Position numbers and translations under genes: made by a program. A DNA stretch of 32,000 nt from Candidatus Hermodarchaeota archaeon (lineage in GTDB: Archaea; Asgardarchaeota; Heimdallarchaeia; Hodarchaeales; Hodarchaeaceae), in assembly GCA_048886185.1 (NCBI GenBank), contig JBHLKY010000020.1, positions 12,392 to 44,391 on the forward strand, read 5' to 3'. The notes below the pieces were generated by a model. The model had not been told where the DNA came from and did no database searches. It worked only from the letters and a program-made list of their open reading frames with translations. Below are positions 17,376 through 26,250 of this stretch, in pieces (within the stretch, counting starts at the first letter, position 1; each line of letters opens with the position of its first letter).

Positions 17376-17708
17376 TTACCCATAGAAGGATGGTGGTTCT
17401 TCTTCTTCCTTTTTAACAGGACGTCCTAATTGGATCTCTCCATGCATATTTTCAAATCGTTTTACGTGTTCAATCATCCAAAGAGCCATTCTTTTGAAAA
17501 CTGCAGGACTCATTCTGACGGTAACTACAAAATTATGTTCAATTGTATCTAAGATGATCTGTCCTGGTCTATCACTTTCTCGTGGAATAAGTTGATCCTG
17601 AAAGAAGCTTATATTTCCCTCATTGGGATTAACTCCACCAAAAAAACCTGAAATAGCGAAACTCGGTACGTCTTCAAATTTCACTTTAATAATTGGTTGT
17701 TTGTGCAT
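17376..17708 (-). CDS. DUF3467-like small protein
   Basis: The pattern ..ISFF...VVTVRMSPAVFKRMALWMIEHVKRFENMHGEI resembles the DUF3467 C-terminal helix. Recognised from memory, not searched. Confidence 0.6.
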   Translation of the reverse strand: MHKQPIIKVKFEDVPSFAISGFFGGVNPNEGNISFFQDQLIPRESDRPGQIILDTIEHNFVVTVRMSPAVFKRMALWMIEHVKRFENMHGEIQLGRPVKKEEEEPPSFYG

Positions 17709-17880
17709 TTTCTTTCCCTTCTATTCATGTAATCCAATTTTACCTCTGTACATTAAACTCTTTTCAGTTATGGATTTTTATGAGTCTAACAAAGAAGCAG
17801 TGAACATGTTAAATTTGGATGATAACTAGTTAGAATTTATCACTGAATTATTATATATCATTAATTGATGTTGAAGATCC

Positions 17881-20331
17881 ATGGCCCCAATTCCTGATAT
17901 GCTATTTGGTTTACTGTTAATAGCTATCTCTCTTTTTATTATCATTGGATTAATCGCCTACTCGTTAATACAAGTGGTATTCTTAAGTAGGAAACGTTTT
18001 ATTCTTGAGCCTAAACCATATAAAGGGCAAGATACCGTTCTAAATGGTGCAGATCTATCAAGGGATATGACAGTAACTCAAGCAACAATGACTGGTGTTG
18101 GAGCTATGATTGGTGCAGGTATATTTGTACTTACTGGAATTGCCGCAGGAATTGCAGGTCCAGGATTATTGGTTGCTTTTGCTTTTAATGGATTAATTGC
18201 AACCTTAATTGCAATGGTTTATGCTGAACTTGGCTCTGCAATACCTGAAGCTGGTGGAGGCTACATTTGGGCACGCGCAGGTTTAGGGGAAACTCAAGGA
18301 TTCTATTCTGGATGGATGAGCTGGTTTGCAGCGGCTGTAGCAGGTTCATTATATGCACTCGGTTTTGGTGCGTATTTTGTTGCATTTCTTGTTAATCTAG
18401 GGATTAATATCCCTAATGAACATATATTTTTTGTAGAAAAGGGAATCGGGGTAACAGCTATCATTTTATTCATCCTCATCAATCAGTTTGGATCTTCGGT
18501 TATGGGAAAAGCAGAAACATGGATATCTGGATTAAAAGTATTAATTCTTGGCTTTTTTATCTTTACAGGATTAATAATTATGATTCTAAATCCTTCTCAA
18601 ACCTCATTAAACTTCGTAGATTTTTTTCCAAGAGGATTTTTTTCCATTTTCACCGCCATGGGATTTACTTTTATTGCATTTGAAGGATATGAAGTTGTAT
18701 GTCAAACTGGAGAGGAGATTTATGATCCAAAAACTAGTATCCCAAAATCTGTTCTTCTCTCAGTTTTAATAGTCATCCCTATCTATCTACTTGTAGGTAT
18801 GGTCTCTCTTGGAGCATTCGTAGTAGAAGGACAAACAAATTGGGAATTTTTAAGCGAAAACAAGGAATTAGGTCTATTATTTGCTGCTCAACAGATGATA
18901 CCTGGACTAGGATTGGTTGTTATTCTATTTGGAGGAATCTTATCAACATTATCAGCATTAAATGCAACTATTTATTCTTCCACTCGTGTAGCTTTTGCAC
19001 TAGCAAGAGACGGATCGTTACCACCCCAATTAGGAGCAGTTTCAAAGAAATGGCATACTCCAATAAATTCGATTTACACAACAGGGTTGGTAGTTATCAT
19101 CATGGCTATTATAATTCCTATTGAAGCTGTAGCGACCTCAGCTGACATAATGTTTATGATACTCTTCGGACAAGTCATGATTTCAGCCATTTTAATCCGA
19201 AAACGGGTGAGACTATCAAAAGAGAAGCTAGATTATGGCTACGAAACTCCACTATTCCCTTTGATTCCTCTTTTAGGTGGAATAGCTCTTTTAATCATCT
19301 TCATGTTCACATTATTCCTTCATTTTGAGGCATTTTTTACAACATTGATATGGCTATTGATTGGAACAGGACTCTATATTAGTTATGCTCGAAAAAGAAC
19401 CCCAATGCAAGCCCCTCAGAAATTAATAAAACATATCAGGCCCCGAGCTGATTATATACCTGAAGCATTTTTTACTACGGTATTGAATAATATCTTAGTT
19501 CCAGTAAGAGGGAAACCATTTGAATGGGATACACTTAGAATAGCGATACATATTGCGCATGAATTTGGACCAAAAGTGACGTTGTATCATTTTGGATACG
19601 AAAAAGAAGAATCATTTACTACTTATATAGAAGAATTGAAACGATTTAACCTATTATATGAATTGAAAATAGTTACTCCTTCCCAAAAAAAGATCTCAGC
19701 ACGCGATATCATTCAACATATGGTAGAGGTTGCAAGTACAGGGGAATACCAATTAGCGATCTTACCCTCCCCTCGGGAACGAAAAATTGGGGAAATTAGC
19801 ATTTCTCATAATGCTCTCAGAAAAATGCCTATACCAGGACTTCAAGTTTTTCCTAGTAAGACAGAGTCAATTGATAAAAAAGTCACATTTGAACATGTAG
19901 GGGCTTTAACTCCAGGTTCCAAACGTGATCCTTTCTTATTACAACTTGGGATTGCTATGGTTTCATCAACAAGAATTGCTGACTTAATCGCTTATCACTG
20001 GACTCATGTCCCTAAGTTAATCACACCTGAAGTAATGTCTGAAGCTCCTGGAGTTCAAGAAGATATTTCTATTTTTTTACATAATATTGGAGAAGCAATT
20101 CGAATGGGTATACCAATTGAGCAAAGACACATTTTAGGCCATGATTTTGTAAGATCAATAGCTGAAGTTGTCAAGAAAGACAAATTAGATTTGATTATTC
20201 TTGGATATGGTAAACCTCGACTAGGACGAAGACCATCGGAAAAATTGGTTCAAAAAATTGATTGTACAGCAGTTGTATTCCATGGAAGACCTTTTTACAA
20301 AATAAGAGAAGGATCAACACCCTCTTTTTGA
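17881..20331 (+). CDS. APC-superfamily amino acid permease with C-terminal USP-like domains
   Basis: GVGAMIGAGIF, YAELGSAIPEAGGGY, AFEGYE and FALARDG. The soluble tail has NILVPV and DLIILG..PSEKLV..AVVF, typical of USP folds. Confidence 0.88.
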   Translation: MAPIPDMLFGLLLIAISLFIIIGLIAYSLIQVVFLSRKRFILEPKPYKGQDTVLNGADLSRDMTVTQATMTGVGAMIGAGIFVLTGIAAGIAGPGLLVAFAFNGLIATLIAMVYAELGSAIPEAGGGYIWARAGLGETQGFYSGWMSWFAAAVAGSLYALGFGAYFVAFLVNLGINIPNEHIFFVEKGIGVTAIILFILINQFGSSVMGKAETWISGLKVLILGFFIFTGLIIMILNPSQTSLNFVDFFPRGFFSIFTAMGFTFIAFEGYEVVCQTGEEIYDPKTSIPKSVLLSVLIVIPIYLLVGMVSLGAFVVEGQTNWEFLSENKELGLLFAAQQMIPGLGLVVILFGGILSTLSALNATIYSSTRVAFALARDGSLPPQLGAVSKKWHTPINSIYTTGLVVIIMAIIIPIEAVATSADIMFMILFGQVMISAILIRKRVRLSKEKLDYGYETPLFPLIPLLGGIALLIIFMFTLFLHFEAFFTTLIWLLIGTGLYISYARKRTPMQAPQKLIKHIRPRADYIPEAFFTTVLNNILVPVRGKPFEWDTLRIAIHIAHEFGPKVTLYHFGYEKEESFTTYIEELKRFNLLYELKIVTPSQKKISARDIIQHMVEVASTGEYQLAILPSPRERKIGEISISHNALRKMPIPGLQVFPSKTESIDKKVTFEHVGALTPGSKRDPFLLQLGIAMVSSTRIADLIAYHWTHVPKLITPEVMSEAPGVQEDISIFLHNIGEAIRMGIPIEQRHILGHDFVRSIAEVVKKDKLDLIILGYGKPRLGRRPSEKLVQKIDCTAVVFHGRPFYKIREGSTPSF

Positions 20332-20439
20332 ATCATGGTTCAATAAATAAGAATTGGAATATATTAGACTAAAAAGAAAAATTATTGAGTATAATTAAGT
20401 TTTTCCTAAAAACAACGAATATTAGGAGCTAGAGGAAAA

Positions 20440-21465
20440 ATGACTGATATTTCTCGCATTGCACTCTATTTACAGGATAAACATGATATTCCTATGTCTA
20501 TAGAATTTGCTAAATATGCAGAAAAGAAGGGATTCGAAGCTATATGGCAGGCTGAGTCAAGACTGGCTCGTGTGGCAACTATTCCCCTTTCTGCAATGGC
20601 TGCAGTAACAAATAAGATTAAATTGGGCACTGGCGTAGTTAATAACTTGACTCGTAATGTTGCACTGATGGCAGCAACATTTAGTACCATGGATCAAATG
20701 GCACCAGGCAGATTTATTTGTGGAATAGGTGCGTGGTGGGAACCTCTAGCAAGTAAAGTAGGTACACCACAAAGAAAACCATTAACCATGATGAGAGAGT
20801 ATGTGACAGTAATGAAAAAATTACTCAATATGGAAACTGTTTCTTTTGATGGTGAGTTTGTGCATGTCGATGAAATACGATTAGACATCGTTCATGGAGA
20901 CCCTAATAAACCGCGCGAAGTTCCGATATTGATTGGTGCAACAGGGATGAAAATGATGGAACTTACTGGAGAGCTTTGTGCACAAAATCTTGCTGATGGT
21001 ATTTTACTCAACTACATGGTATCGCCAGAATATAATAAAACAGCATTGAAGTATTTGGAAATTGGAGCAAAAAGAGCTAGAGGATCACTTAAGGATATTG
21101 ATCGGCCACAATTAATTGTCTGTTCAATGGATCAAGATCGAGAAAAAGCATTGGATGAAGCTAGAGAATTACTAACCCAATACATGGGACAACAGCCACA
21201 TTTAATGAAAGCAAGCAAAATGCCTCAAGATATCCTTGATAAAATTCATGAAGAACTTACCTGGCCAGCAACTAAAGAGGAAATACATAAAGCAATGAAG
21301 TATATCCCTGACGAAATTGTCCAGAAAATTACTGCCAGTGGAAGTCCAAGTGAGTGCGTTGAGCAGGTAAATCAATGGATAGAAAGTGGTTGTACCTGTC
21401 CAGTCCTTTATCAACTCTCTGATGATGTGAAATTGATGATTGATACATTTGCTCCGAATCAGTAA
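20440..21465 (+). CDS. LLM-class (luciferase-like/Mer-like) flavin- or F420-dependent oxidoreductase
   Basis: [28 protein letters not shown] and [19 protein letters not shown] motifs. The cofactor cannot be determined from sequence. Confidence 0.88.
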   Translation: MTDISRIALYLQDKHDIPMSIEFAKYAEKKGFEAIWQAESRLARVATIPLSAMAAVTNKIKLGTGVVNNLTRNVALMAATFSTMDQMAPGRFICGIGAWWEPLASKVGTPQRKPLTMMREYVTVMKKLLNMETVSFDGEFVHVDEIRLDIVHGDPNKPREVPILIGATGMKMMELTGELCAQNLADGILLNYMVSPEYNKTALKYLEIGAKRARGSLKDIDRPQLIVCSMDQDREKALDEARELLTQYMGQQPHLMKASKMPQDILDKIHEELTWPATKEEIHKAMKYIPDEIVQKITASGSPSECVEQVNQWIESGCTCPVLYQLSDDVKLMIDTFAPNQ

Positions 21466-21486
21466 GGATTCTCCCTCAATAATTCA

Positions 21487-22893
21487 TTACTTAGCTTCTG
21501 AATTATTCCCCTTTATCCCCTCCTCAGATTCCTCCTCAATTTCTTCCCTTTTTCTTTTCCCCCGAACAAGTAAGGTCTCAATACGTAATTCAGTAATTTC
21601 ATCCACAGTGAAGACAATGTCCTCTATTTTGAAAACTTCTTTTTCTTCAGGTAATCGGCCAAGCTTCTCTAGAATGAATCCTCCAATAGTAACAGAAATA
21701 TCTGATTGGAAATTCGTAGTGAAATAATCATTAAAATCATCCAAGGAGGTTTGACCACTAACTTTTGACTCCCCTTCATTCTCATCTGAGGGAGTGATTT
21801 CAGCGGGTTCATAGTCATATTCGTCTTGAATATCACCAACTAAAAGCTCTAGAATATCCTCTAAAGTTATTAATCCCACTACTGCCCCAAATTCATCTAC
21901 TACAATAGCAGAGTGCCGTTTTGCAGTTTGCAATTTTTCTAGCAGACGATCTGCTCGCATAGTTTCAGGTACGTAATCTACATCTCTCAATAATTGTGAA
22001 ATGTCAATTTGTTGCTTTTTATCAGCAATTCCATCAGAATCTAAAAATAATTCCAAGTAATTTAAGAGATCCTTGGCATATAAAAAGCCAATGACTTTTT
22101 CTCGTGATTCATCAAAAACAGGAAAGCGGGAATGACCTGTGCTATTAACACACTTAACAATCTCTTCAAAATCATCAGATACTGATATTGTTTTCATTTC
22201 ATATCTTGGAGTCATAATCATTCGTACCTGAGTATCAGGAAGATCAAAAGTACGTTTCAATATCGCACTCTCACGTTCTTCTAGAATACCTGCCTCTGAT
22301 GATTGAGAAATTAGTAACTTCAACTCAGTTTCAGAATAAATGTTCCTGTGACCCATTATAGGTCTTATACCAAAAATTGAGAGGATTAACCAGCCTGTTT
22401 GGTTAAATAACCAAATTACGGGTTTAAATAACATTGCAAACCAATGTAATGGTTTCGCAACCCACAAGCTTGTTCGCATAGGATATTGTAAAGCCACACT
22501 TTTTGGCGCTAATTCACCTAGAACAACGTGCATATATGTAGTAATTGCAAAAGCAAAAATGGCTCCCAGAGACAATCCAGCTAATATTCCTAGAGCAGTA
22601 AATCCTTCCTCAATAACAGGCTCGATATATGAACCTGCGACAAACCCTAAAGCTAAACTTGCCATTGTAATTCCTAATTGTGTGGCACTAATCACCTCAT
22701 CTTGGTTATCAATGGCTAATTTTACGGCTTTTGCTCTTCTACTCCCTGTTGATTTGATGAGTTCTTCTACTCTAGATGGACGAACACTTACTAAAGCGAA
22801 CTCAGCAGCCACAAAAAAGCCGTTTAACAATACAAGAATGAAAGCGATAAACAAAATCAGTAGAAAACCGAGGAGATCGATCTGATTTGACAT
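21487..22893 (-). CDS. CNNM/CorB (TlyC 'hemolysin') family: DUF21 TM domain, CBS pair and CorC_HlyC domain
   Basis: NGFFVAAEFALV, TQLGIT, GELAPK, MTPR, HSRFPV, VVDEFGAVVGLITLEDILE and TIGGFI. Confidence 0.93.
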   Translation of the reverse strand: MSNQIDLLGFLLILFIAFILVLLNGFFVAAEFALVSVRPSRVEELIKSTGSRRAKAVKLAIDNQDEVISATQLGITMASLALGFVAGSYIEPVIEEGFTALGILAGLSLGAIFAFAITTYMHVVLGELAPKSVALQYPMRTSLWVAKPLHWFAMLFKPVIWLFNQTGWLILSIFGIRPIMGHRNIYSETELKLLISQSSEAGILEERESAILKRTFDLPDTQVRMIMTPRYEMKTISVSDDFEEIVKCVNSTGHSRFPVFDESREKVIGFLYAKDLLNYLELFLDSDGIADKKQQIDISQLLRDVDYVPETMRADRLLEKLQTAKRHSAIVVDEFGAVVGLITLEDILELLVGDIQDEYDYEPAEITPSDENEGESKVSGQTSLDDFNDYFTTNFQSDISVTIGGFILEKLGRLPEEKEVFKIEDIVFTVDEITELRIETLLVRGKRKREEIEEESEEGIKGNNSEAK

Positions 22894-23179
22894 TTAGGTT
22901 CGGAAAGCTCCGATATGATCCATGAAATTTTAGCTTTTAGAATATAACATAAAACAATTAATAATGTGTTTCTAATTGAAGATATAGGGTAAATGACGTT
23001 CTTAAGCGTCAGTGAGGTGTTTAAGGATAAAACTGAACATTTTCTTAAAAAAATTTTTCCTTTACCTTGATTCACCTTGCTTTTACTATATTTTTACATT
23101 TTAGCATGAATAATGAAAGTAAACTCTAATAAATCACGAAATATTTCTAATAAGAAGAAAGAAAAAAAGGATAGAAGAC

Positions 23180-24469
23180 TCATATCCGTTCAATCACAGT
23201 GGCGATACCGACACCCCCACCACCACATAACGTCTGGATACCATATCGTTTCTTTTTATTAACTAAATAATGAACCATATCACTAAAATAGTGAACACCT
23301 GAAGATCCGATAGCATGACCAGTTGCTATCGCTCCACCATATGGATTAACACGGGGATCATCGAAAGGATAATTGAAGTGTTTAGCAAAAGCTAGACAAG
23401 GAGAAGCAAATGCCTCATTGGGTTCAATACAACCCATTTCAGCCATTGATAGATCACCAGCTCTTTTTAACGCTCGTTCTTGTGCAGGAATAGGCCCAGT
23501 CAGCATAAGCATAGGATCATCTCCCGCCAATGCAGTTGAAAGAATTTTCACCATTGGATTAATTCCTAAATCGTCCGCTTTCTCTCTTGACATTAGCATT
23601 ACAGCAGAAGCTCCATCTGTAATTTGCGAAGAGTTTCCGGCAGTTACTCTTCCATTTTCTGGACGGAAAACGGGGGGTAGGGATTGTATTTGGGCATAAG
23701 CTGTGTCAGGGTCATCAAGAGATATTGTACGAACTGTTTGGTCTTCTACTACCATTTTTGTTCCAAAAGAACCATCTGGATCTTCAATTTTAACTTCAAA
23801 AGGAACAACGCGTTTCTTATATGTTTCTTTGTCTCTCATTGCCTTCGTGGCCTTTTGATGTGACCATAAACCAAACTTATCCATATCCTCTCTTGAGATA
23901 TCATATTTATCAGCAACTAGTTCTGCAGACTCTCCTTGAACAAAGCTCATTCTAGATTGAAGTTCTTCCATCCGGGTATCAGACATATGACAATAAATGT
24001 TCTCAACAGGATACATGAATCCAACTTGAAAATCAATACCCATAGGATAATGTGTGAGGTTCTCAACCCCTGCAGCTATCATAATATCACCATCACCGAC
24101 TTTGATGGCGTTTGCACATGTATTAATTGCTTGTAATCCTGCGTTACAATATCTATTGACAGTTGCAGCGGCAACGATATCAGGGAGATTTTTTGCCATT
24201 AATTGAGCAATTCGACCGATATTTGCTCCTTGGTCTCCAATCTGAGTTAAGACACCCACATGAACATCCTCAATTTCATGAGGATCGAAGGAACTCGACT
24301 GTGATTGAACTCGATCAACAAGGATCTCTAAAACACCCGCTAACATATCTTGTGAAGACATATTTCGGTAATATCCTCCGTATTTATCCATTTGGGCCCT
24401 AGAGGATTTCCCCATTGGCAGCCGAATTGCATCAACAACAACACATTCTCTAAGCTCATTATTTCCCAT
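23180..24469 (-). CDS. Thiolase (acetyl-CoA C-acyltransferase)
   Basis: NRYC (nucleophile Cys), NEAF, GHAIG (His) and CGGGG (second Cys), plus TAGNSSQITDGA. Confidence 0.93.
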   Translation of the reverse strand: MGNNELRECVVVDAIRLPMGKSSRAQMDKYGGYYRNMSSQDMLAGVLEILVDRVQSQSSSFDPHEIEDVHVGVLTQIGDQGANIGRIAQLMAKNLPDIVAAATVNRYCNAGLQAINTCANAIKVGDGDIMIAAGVENLTHYPMGIDFQVGFMYPVENIYCHMSDTRMEELQSRMSFVQGESAELVADKYDISREDMDKFGLWSHQKATKAMRDKETYKKRVVPFEVKIEDPDGSFGTKMVVEDQTVRTISLDDPDTAYAQIQSLPPVFRPENGRVTAGNSSQITDGASAVMLMSREKADDLGINPMVKILSTALAGDDPMLMLTGPIPAQERALKRAGDLSMAEMGCIEPNEAFASPCLAFAKHFNYPFDDPRVNPYGGAIATGHAIGSSGVHYFSDMVHYLVNKKKRYGIQTLCGGGGVGIATVIERI

Positions 24470-24480
24470 AAAACTTCCTC

Positions 24481-24493
24481 AATTGAATCAATT
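24481..24493. promoter_or_regulatory. Palindromic operator-like site, copy 1 (AATTGAATCAATT)
   Basis: Perfect AATTGA-N-TCAATT palindrome directly next to the thiolase SD (GAGG, complement of 24477-24480). Confidence 0.55.
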
Positions 24494-24508
24494 TTGACGT
24501 TACTCTCT

Positions 24509-24521
24509 AATTGAGTCAATT
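24509..24521. promoter_or_regulatory. Palindromic operator-like site, copy 2 (AATTGAGTCAATT)
   Basis: The same palindrome, 28 nt from copy 1. Confidence 0.55.
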
Positions 24522-25028
24522 CTATTTATGTTTTTTCTCAACTACCCGAAAATAATTAAAAAGCAATTACTTTAAATTCACTTTTCTTTTTTCTTTCTCT
24601 TTGAAGAATTGTAATGTAGATAAAAAGGACTAGTATTTCCACTTAACTACAGAAATACATTAAGACTATAAGTTTTTTCCCTTTTTCTTTGTAAAAAAAA
24701 ACTATCAGAAAGATACAGAGTAAATATTATGATTTTGAGGGTAAGAACATGCTTGTTCAAGGAATCATTGAGATTATGCCATAGAAATTATAACATTAAT
24801 GAAATATATATTAGAATGTAATTCAGATTTTTTATTTCGTTCAGATTCTTGTTAGGATTTAAAGAATAAACAAGAAAAGCTTAAGCAAATGTTCTATAAT
24901 GGAGCTATTCGTATTTACGATTTCAGAGGGAAAGATTTAAATATTAGAAAATTGTGAAAATAAATGATTATATTTCCTTGAAAGAGGCAATTTAATCAGA
25001 AAATTTATTTGTAACAGAGGTGAATTTA

Positions 25029-25094
25029 ATGTCTGAAGAGAAGAAAAAAGAGTCAAAGATTCGAAAACCTCAGATTAAAAAACCTAAAAAGTAA
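25029..25094 (+). CDS. Candidate 21-aa Lys-rich microprotein MSEEKKKESKIRKPQIKKPKK
   Basis: ATG at 25029 and TAA at 25092-25094. GAGGTGA SD at 25017-25023, 5 nt before the ATG. It lies in an otherwise empty intergenic region. Confidence 0.55.
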   Translation: MSEEKKKESKIRKPQIKKPKK

Positions 25095-25147
25095 TTTTAA
25101 GTCAGCAGAATCTATAAATCTTACTTATCTTAAATTTTCATGGCATA

Positions 25148-25178
25148 ATTAGGAGGTGCGTGACACACACCTCCTAAT
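25148..25178. other. GC-rich hairpin (terminator or RNA element) containing SD/anti-SD sequences
   Basis: ATTAGGAGGTG (25148-25158) pairs perfectly with CACCTCCTAAT (25168-25178). A pyrimidine-rich tract follows on the + strand. Confidence 0.6.
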
Positions 25179-25250
25179 ACTTTATATTCTCTCTATATTT
25201 TAACAGTCAGATTACGATGGAGTTATTTTTCTTCTATGAAATAGTGAGGA

Positions 25251-25263
25251 AATTGACTCAATA
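25251..25263. promoter_or_regulatory. Palindromic operator-like site, copy 3 (AATTGACTCAATA)
   Basis: One mismatch to the AATTGA-N-TCAATT palindrome, about 155 nt upstream of the GNAT-OB gene. Confidence 0.4.
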
Positions 25264-25417
25264 AACTAATTAATAATAACTTTGTTGTTTTTATTGACAT
25301 CAGCATAATGTAGTGAACTACTCTTACTCACTCATCATTGAGTCTACGATCACTTCTTCCCCAAATAATAGTTATATGAGCAATCCAGATTAATGAATTG
25401 ACGATTTGGAATAGAAT

Positions 25418-26203
25418 ATGAAAATGATTAAAATCAGTATTGCACGAGCCATGAAAAAAGATGCAGAGAAGCTCACGTCAATATCTAAAAGAGCTTTTGA
25501 CAGTGATATTGAAGTAGGGGCACCTGGGCCTGGAGGCCCACCATGGTATGACTCCCCATCATTTCACCAACGATTTATGAAATTCATGGATTACTATAAA
25601 ATTCTCCTAGATGAGAATATCGTTGGTGGTATTTTTTCTCGAGGGGGAAAACAACACCGAGTGCTAGAAGGAATTTTCGTTGATCCTCCTTGCCACAACC
25701 AAGGTATTGCTTCTCGAGCTATGGAATTGCTTTGGGAGATGTATCCTGAAGTCCAACTTTGGACTTTAGGAACTCCTGAGTGGAATGTGAGAACAAGACA
25801 CTTTTATGAGAAGTTAGGATTTATACAGGTTGGATGGGAAAAGGGAAATCCTACTTGGAGGGGAATCTGGTATCAAAAAGTAATGGACCCATCAAGACCT
25901 TACCCGATGATGAAAGTAGGAGAGCTTAGAGATGGATTGAAAGAAGTTACTGTAGAGGGAGTTATTCATACAATATCCTCACCTAGGGAAGTGAGATCCC
26001 GATCTTCAGGAAAAGTACTTTCTGTGGCTAATGCTGAACTTGGTGATTCTACTGGAAAAATCATTTTAATACTATGGAATGAACAGATTTCACAAGTGAA
26101 AACCGATGACAGAGTGAGAATTGAATTTGGTAACATAAAATCATACAGGGGAGTAAATCAACTAAACATAGGCTGGACTGGAAGACTCATAATATTGGTT
26201 TGA
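25418..26203 (+). CDS. GNAT N-acetyltransferase fused to a C-terminal SSB/RPA-type OB fold
   Basis: N-terminal part: FVDPPCHNQGIAS (acetyl-CoA motif A) and N...HFYEKLGF. C-terminal ~98 aa: KVGEL...VTVEG...LGDSTGKIILILWNEQ...RIEFGNIKSYRGVNQLNIG, the pattern of archaeal SSB OB folds. Confidence 0.85.
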   Translation: MKMIKISIARAMKKDAEKLTSISKRAFDSDIEVGAPGPGGPPWYDSPSFHQRFMKFMDYYKILLDENIVGGIFSRGGKQHRVLEGIFVDPPCHNQGIASRAMELLWEMYPEVQLWTLGTPEWNVRTRHFYEKLGFIQVGWEKGNPTWRGIWYQKVMDPSRPYPMMKVGELRDGLKEVTVEGVIHTISSPREVRSRSSGKVLSVANAELGDSTGKIILILWNEQISQVKTDDRVRIEFGNIKSYRGVNQLNIGWTGRLIILV

Positions 26204-26250
26204 TGAAAACAAATAGTGAGGGATCAATATATTGGAGTCTTTGTTTTCCT

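Noticed and set aside
12771-22893. CorA and CNNM/CorB in the same window as a possible Mg2+ homeostasis locus
   Set aside because: They are ~8 kb apart, separated by unrelated genes on both strands, and both are common housekeeping genes.
24512-24518. TGAGTCA/TGACTCA cores equal the eukaryotic AP-1/GCN4 site
   Set aside because: Copy 1 has a central A and the conserved unit is the longer AATTGA-N-TCAATT. No bZIP evidence, so treated as coincidence.
24749-24784. 11-codon ORF MLVQGIIEIMP with GAGG upstream
   Set aside because: Too short and the SD too weak to separate from chance.
24799-24957. 52-codon frame with one in-frame TAG at 24853-24855 (MKYILECNSDFLFRSDSC*DLKNKQEKLKQMFYNGAIRIYDFRGKDLNIRKL), considered as pyrrolysine readthrough or a pseudogene
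   Set aside because: No SD, no recognisable family and no pyl genes in the window. A single stop in ~50 codons is unremarkable.
25148-25178. Hairpin as a possible SECIS element
   Set aside because: The upstream micro-ORF ends in TAA, no nearby gene has an in-frame TGA at a Cys position, and no SECIS consensus is evident.
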